Shown here in pieces: positions 58,815 to 64,000 of a stretch of 64,000 bases of DNA. The position numbers and the translations under genes were made by a program. The notes below the pieces were generated by a model. It ran no database searches. It had not been told where the DNA came from and saw only the letters and a program-made list of their open reading frames with translations. Source of the DNA: Octopus vulgaris. Lineage: Eukaryota. The DNA is taken from positions 14,818,001 to 14,882,000 of the forward strand of contig OX597836.1 of assembly GCA_951406725.2 (NCBI GenBank), given 5' to 3'. Within the stretch, counting starts at the first letter, position 1. Each line of letters begins with the position of its first letter.

Positions 58815-59486
58815 TCTATATATATAAAACTGTAGTTGTGTGAGTGTCTATCCCCTTCGATTTAGATTCCTAACTACTCCCACATTTTGCGGTGCAGTTT
58901 AACCAAATTCGGGTATCTTATAGTCGTGATTCATATCGAGCCCTTCTGGGTATTAAGCGCGCGTCTACGATGAGTTTACGATTTTAAAAATAATTTAACA
59001 TCATTTTTTATTCCATTTTAATGCATATTTTTTCGTGTGTCGATGACGGCGGAGTTGGCGTCCATGGTCACACCTGCACCTGTTTGCTTCTCCCCCTTCT
59101 TCCCTCCATCGTGAAGCTGTGGGGAAGGGAGTGTAAGGAAATCAACGTCGTAATGCGTTGTCAAGGAGACCAGCGTTCTTTTAGAACGACTTCATGGCTT
59201 GAAGACACCAAAACAGAAATGGCTAAGAAAGCGTCTACATGAGTCTACGATTTAAAAAAAAAATTTACCATCATTTTTTCCATTTTAATGCATTTTTTCG
59301 CTATTATATAAGGGAAGTAACTCTCTAAAAATGTCTACGATGAGTCAATGATTTAAAAAAAAATTACCATCATTTTTTATTCCATTTTTAATGCATGTTT
59401 TTGCTATTTTTTTGCTATAACTCTCTAAAAATGCTTATATAGTTATTTCCCTTACAAACCCGAGCAACGCCGGGCGATACTGCTAG
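58815..59486 (+). mobile_element. Non-autonomous Helitron
   Basis: A|TCtatatatataaaa 5' end. 3' hairpin cccgagcaacgccggg then CTAG|T. Three internal copies of gtctacgatgag...ccattttaatgcat. Confidence 0.85.
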
Positions 59487-59609
59487 TTATTAATAATTTG
59501 TCGTATTCCGATATTTTCTCTTAAATTGGGAAAATATACGAAATCTTTGTTTCCACAAAAATGTAAAAAAAAATACCACCGAGTTACACCCCCCATAAAG
59601 GGGGTCTAA

Positions 59610-60295
59610 TTGTTTCAGAACGAGAGAAGAGGAAACCATGATGGTCCGCTGGAGAACATATGTCCTCAGCCGTTTGGATTACAGTTCCCAACTGTGGTCA
59701 CCACACTGTAAAATTAACGAAGGGACTCGAAGCAATCCAGCGAAGCTACACAAAGAAGATCGTTTCAATGCGACATGTCATTTACTGGGAGAGAATGAAA
59801 AAGTTGAGACCTTACTCCCTAGAACGAAGGCGGGAAAGATACGCAATACTATAGCTCTGGAAAACCTTAGAACTTGTACCAAACTTGGAAAACCTTAAAA
59901 GAACTTGTACCAGACTTTGGCATTGTAAGTTACACAAACATAGAACGGACCGTCACTACTAAGTACCGAAAATCTCAGTGTTGCCATCAGGATACAGAAC
60001 CAGATGCAGCAACAGTTTGGGCTTCAAGGGCCCATAGCTCTCCAATATCCACCCACATAACCTGAGAAACCTGTCTGGAGTGGATGTAGGCATCTTCAAA
60101 ACAAAACTGGATCTCATCCTGTCAAGAGTTCCGAATGAACTCTACCTCGCGGCAGGAAGCGTAGATGAGATCAGCAACATCAAATTCCCGCATTCACCAA
60201 ATGCCACAACACAGAGAAAGTTTAGTGAAACTGTAGCCAAGCAAACGGCGGTGCCCAGCATGGCCTCAGCTCTTAAGCTGAAACTAGAAATGGCA
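59610..60295 (+). mobile_element. CR1-group LINE 3' fragment, frameshifted
   Basis: TYVLSRLDYSSQLWSP, LEAIQRSYTKKI, YWERMKKLRPYSLERRRERY and FKTKLDLIL motifs. Confidence 0.88.
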
Positions 60296-60597
60296 AAAAA
60301 GAGGAAATATATATGTGTGTGTGTGTGTGTGTGTGTATGTAGCGACCGAAGAAGGGGTTTTTTCTTTGTGTTAATTGTCCTGTGCTCTATTTTTTTGTTG
60401 TTTAAATAAATGTCCAGTTCCTTTGGTTTGTGTCTATGTTTTCGTTTCTCATTGTGTTCGACGTCCTTTTGGTGTCCTGTACTCATATATGTGTGTATAT
60501 GTACATGTAGAGGTGGGTACGTACATATATGTATATATATATGCATATGTTTTATTTTATTTATTAATAAATGTATATATATATATATGTGTGTGTG

Positions 60598-60869
60598 TGG
60601 AGGCGCAATGGCCCAGTGGTTAGGATCGCGGTTTCGATTCCCAGACCGGGCATTGTGAGTGTTTATTGAGCGAAAACACCTGAAGCCCCACGAGGCTACG
60701 GCAGAGGGGGGCGGCGATCCCTGCTGTACTCTTTCGCCGCAGCTTTCTCTCACTCTTTCTTCTGCTCACTTAGCCAGCGACGTGGCGTCATTTGAAGGCT
60801 AAAACAATGCGAAGCGCATTGTGGCCAGCGATGTTTAGCAACATCTGATAGCCTGGTCGGTCATGTGAT

Positions 60870-60877
<8 letters not shown>
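60598..60877 (+). mobile_element. SINE family C with small deletions
   Basis: Aligns with 20379-20688. Confidence 0.88.
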
Positions 60878-60903
<26 letters not shown>

Positions 60904-60924
60904 GCTTGCAAGATTCATACAAAG

Positions 60925-61828
60925 TTGAACTCGGTGAAATTTGAAGGAGGAAATGTAGCTAAACATTTCGCCCGGCATGCTAACGATTCTACCAGCTCAC
61001 TGCATTCACTGTAATAAGAATCTACTATAGGCACAACGCCTGAAATTTGGGGGCAGGGGTTGAGTCGATTACATCGACTCCAGTAATCAGCTGGTACTTA
61101 ATTTATCAACCCCGAAAGGATTAAGAGTCAAAGTCGACGCCGGCGAAATTTGAACTCAGAACGTAAAGACGAACAAAATACCTATTTCTTTACTACCCAC
61201 AAGGGGCTAAACACAGAGAGAACAAACAAGGACAGACAAACATATTAAGTCGATTATATCGACCCTCAGTGCGTAACTGGTACTTAATTTATCGACCCCG
61301 AAAGGATGAAAAGCAAAGTCAACCTCGGCGGAATTTGAACCCAGAAAGTAGCGGCAGACGAAATACCTATTTCTTTACTACCCACAAGGGGCTAAACACA
61401 GAGGGGACAAACAAGGACAGACAAACAGATTAAGTCGATTATATCGACCCCAGTGCGTAACTGGTACTTATTTAATCGACCCCGAAAGGATGAAAGGCAA
61501 AGTCGACCTCGGCGGAATTTGAACTCAGAACGTAGCGGCAGACGAAATACCGCTAAGCATTTCGCCCGGCGTGCTAACAAATCTGCCAGTTCTACTGCAT
61601 TTACTATAATAATGCTTTCTACAGCAGGCACTAGGCCTGAAATTTTGGTGGAGGGGGTAAGTCGATCTCATCGACCCCAGTACTTGACTGGTACTTAATT
61701 TATCGACGCCGAAAGGATGAAAGGCAAAGTCGACCTTGGCGGAATTTGAACTCAGAACGTAGCGGCAGACGTAATACCACGAAGCATTCCGCCCGGTATG
61801 CTAAAGATTCTGCCAGTTCACCGCCTTC
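60925..61828 (-). mobile_element. Cluster and array of SINE family B copies
   Basis: Array junctions aaatacctatttc at ~61175 and 61360 (period 185), plus separate older-tail copies on both sides. Confidence 0.9.
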
Positions 61829-62674
61829 ACCATAATAATAACAATAGTCGAGTTTTTCATTGAAAAAAAAAAGCAGTACGAAGTGGGCAGACGATATTGA
61901 ATGAGCAGACGATAAGAAATAGGCAGACGATATAGCGTGGCCTGACGTAAGGAAAAGCCTTAAATATTAAGGATTGTTAGAAATGTGTGAGGCACGAGTA
62001 CAGTAGTTGATGTTTCCGGTAAATATGAATTGTCAGGGGTTAGTGTTTTCGTCCATTCTGACGGGCAGCAAGCAAGTGATTCATGAGGTTGACGGGGGGA
62101 AACAGAAAATGCTTCATCGTGGATATGTAAGAGAGAAATGTGGAAGAAAGAGGAGATTTGAGAGTGACGGATTGAATCATTGATGAGGAATAACACTAAA
62201 GGGTTTCTTGAATGAGATGGTGATGATGGTGGTGGTGGTGGTCGTCGTCGTCGTCGTAAATGTGTATGAGTTTGTGTGATGCATGTGTGTGTCTATGTGT
62301 ATGCGTGCATGTGTATGAATGTGCGTGTGTATACGTATGTTTGTGTGTGTGCGGAAGTGCGAGTGTATGTGTGTGTGCATGTGTATGTATGTGTTTGCGT
62401 GCATGTGTGTGAATGTCCTCGTGTATACGTGTTTGTGTGTGTGTGTGTATGTGTGCGTATGTGTGTGTATGTGTGTGTATGTATGCGTGTGTGTACGTTT
62501 GTGTACGCGTTCATGTGTGCAAATGTGTGTGTATACGTGTGTGGGTGTGTATGTGTATGCGCTTATATGTGTGTATACATGTGTGGGTGGGTGCGTGCGT
62601 GGATGCTTGCGTGCGTTTGTGCGTATATGTATGGATGTGTATGCGTGCATGTGTGTGAATGTGCCTGTGTATAC

Positions 62675-62709
<35 letters not shown>

Positions 62710-62771
62710 TGCCTGTGTATACGAGTGTGTGTGTATCGTGAGTGTATGCTGTGTTCGTGTGTCTTTTGCTC

Positions 62772-63408
62772 ATTTACTTGTTTCAGTTGTTTGACTGCGG
62801 CCATACTGGAGCACCGCCTTGAAGGTTTCCTAGTAGAACAGACTGACCCCAGGACTCATATTTATTAAGCCTAGTACTTATTTTATGGGTCATTTTTGCG
62901 GAACGCTAAGTTACGGGACGTGAACACACCAACACCGTTTGTCAAGCGGTGGTAAGGAGAAAGTATACACGCACACATACATATACCCACGCATACACAT
63001 ACACACACACATACACACACACATATATACTTTTATTCTTTTATTTGTTTCAGCCATTTGACTGAGGCCATGCTGGAGCACCACTTTTAGTCGAACAAAT
63101 TGACCCCAGGACTTATTCTTTGTAAGCCTAGTACTTATTCTATCCGTCTCTTTTGCCAAACAGCTACGTTACGGGGACGTAAACAGACCAACATCGGCTG
63201 TCAAGCGATGGTGGGGAGACAAACGCAGACAAACAAATACATACATACATACATACATACATACATACATACATACATACATACATACATACATACATGT
63301 ATGTATGTATATTCGTGTACGACGGGCTTCTTTCAGTTTCCGTCTATCAAATCCACTCAAAAGGTTTTGGCCAGCCCGATGCTATAGTAGAAGACACTTA
63401 CCCAAGGT
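62772..63408 (-). mobile_element. Two adjacent family A SINE copies (62772-62952 and 63030-63408)
   Basis: Reverse complement of the family A tail and body. Confidence 0.85.
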
Positions 63409-63739
63409 TAAAAATGAAAAATATTTTCTAAGCAATGTCCGAGTCTCTATTTGCTGTCTGGCAATGTTTATTCAGATGCATTTTGTGATGTCGGACGCGA
63501 AAATACCTTAAGCTAAGCCTGAAAGCAATGAAGTCATAAAAGAATTATCCATAACTTGCAGTAAGCAACATTTATTAAAATAAAAGTATTCAGAACACAG
63601 AATAACATGTAACAAAAACAATTTGCAAACATATTTACATTCCCATATAACAGTTAAGAACATCATTATTGTATTACGCATACGCAGAAGTGTTTGTTCG
63701 ACTAGGTGCTGTTGGCTTAATTACTCACGACTCAAGTTA

Positions 63740-63850
63740 GAGAAGGAGTGCGTATTATACACAAGGTTTAGGTTTTTCAGAAGTACAGCCCCCACAAAAA
63801 AAACCTGCGTATTATACTCAAGGGCGGACTATACTCGAAGATTTACGGTA
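63740..63850. mobile_element. DNA transposon end, pogo/Tc2-like TIR
   Basis: Ends ...gggcggactatactcgaagatttacgg|ta with subterminal tgcgtattatac repeats. Confidence 0.5.
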
Positions 63851-64000
63851 ATTTAATGCAGAAATACTTCGAGCCATCAACTACCAGCAAAATTATAATA
63901 ACATGATGCAACAAAAACATTTTGGACCAAAAGGAGCGGCGACCACAAACTCAAGTACAGTGCGTGATGTGTGGATTGTTATGAACGACAACACCTCGTT

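Overview
Eukaryotic, extremely repeat-rich DNA. It is most likely an octopus or other coleoid intron or intergenic region, inferred from the tRNA-derived SINE families and the microsatellite load. I found no credible host protein-coding exon, and nearly all ORFs in the supplied track are translations of (TA)n, (TACA)n, (GATA)n, (GA)n or trinucleotide repeats. Real content: (1) three abundant SINE families, here called A, B and C; (2) decayed DNA transposons (Tc1, mariner x3, maT-like, hAT, a pogo/Tc2-like end, two non-autonomous Helitrons); (3) LINE 3' fragments (Tx1-like with an open 317-aa frame inside a GATA repeat, an R4/Dong-like RLE fragment inside a TACA repeat, CR1-group, RTE-like); (4) a 32-bp minisatellite. 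The most interesting signals are several minimal hammerhead-ribozyme motifs and fold-back palindromes in short microsatellite-embedded inserts (probably Penelope-like termini), a SINE that seems to insert into its own copies at AGC^GGT to build 184-bp arrays, and a mosaic locus at 47.7-49.0 kb assembled from locally copied sequence. All family assignments come from motif recognition by eye, not database searches.
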